A stretch of 24,988 nt of DNA from a virus. Lineage: Duplodnaviria > Caudoviricetes. Every line of letters starts with the position of its first letter. Positions within the stretch are counted from its first letter, which is position 1. A program made the position numbers and the translations under genes. Location: the IMG/VR virus record IMGVR_UViG_3300037424_001210, positions 1-24,988 of that record; one strand, written 5' to 3'. Shown one piece after another: positions 24,869-24,988 of the stretch. The notes beneath the pieces were generated by a model. That model made no database searches. It was not told the origin of the DNA and saw only the letters and a list, made by a program, of their open reading frames with translations.

Positions 24869-24988
24869 TGCTTGTGGTTCTTGAATAGGTCCGGCCCACT
24901 CGCATTCCATGCGACTAACCGCAAAAAAAGCACGTTTCTCGCTTGGCCACCGATCATCGTACATAGCCAAATAAGTATGCCCAGGCCT
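24863..24988 (-). CDS. 3' end of the cassette 2 ORF (hypothetical protein), truncated by the right edge
   Basis: Open frame ...RPGHTYLAMYDDRWPSEKRAFFAVSRMECEWAGPIQEPQAI*; the TAA stop lies inside the GTTAGAT core. Confidence 0.65.
   Translation of the reverse strand, partial: RPGHTYLAMYDDRWPSEKRAFFAVSRMECEWAGPIQEPQAI

Overview
GC-rich bacterial window, probably from a deltaproteobacterium (inference). Host part (1-1182): 5' end of a Tat-exported [NiFe]-hydrogenase small subunit gene (minus strand) and a tRNA-Pro(CGG) with its terminator. From about 1143 to the window end lies a siphovirus-type prophage that abuts the tRNA. Its genes form one minus-strand, tightly coupled run: probable terminase small subunit, GpA-type terminase large subunit, gpW-like protein, lambda-type portal, S49 protease with a nested scaffold, Mu gpT-like capsid, lysis genes (amidase, 3TM holin), SPRY/SGNH/LamG tail proteins, probable tail tube, a G/GT chaperone with a GGGAAAG -1 frameshift, tape measure and tail-tip genes. 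The standout is a true integron integrase (IntI, 23523-24497) whose stop codon overlaps the start of the probable terminase small subunit gene. Upstream of intI are an attI-like site, one complete 309-bp gene cassette with a canonical attC, and the start of a second cassette. Both cassette ORFs are inverted relative to attC, so they read in the phage transcription direction. This looks like a phage-borne integron that shuffles accessory genes upstream of the packaging operon.
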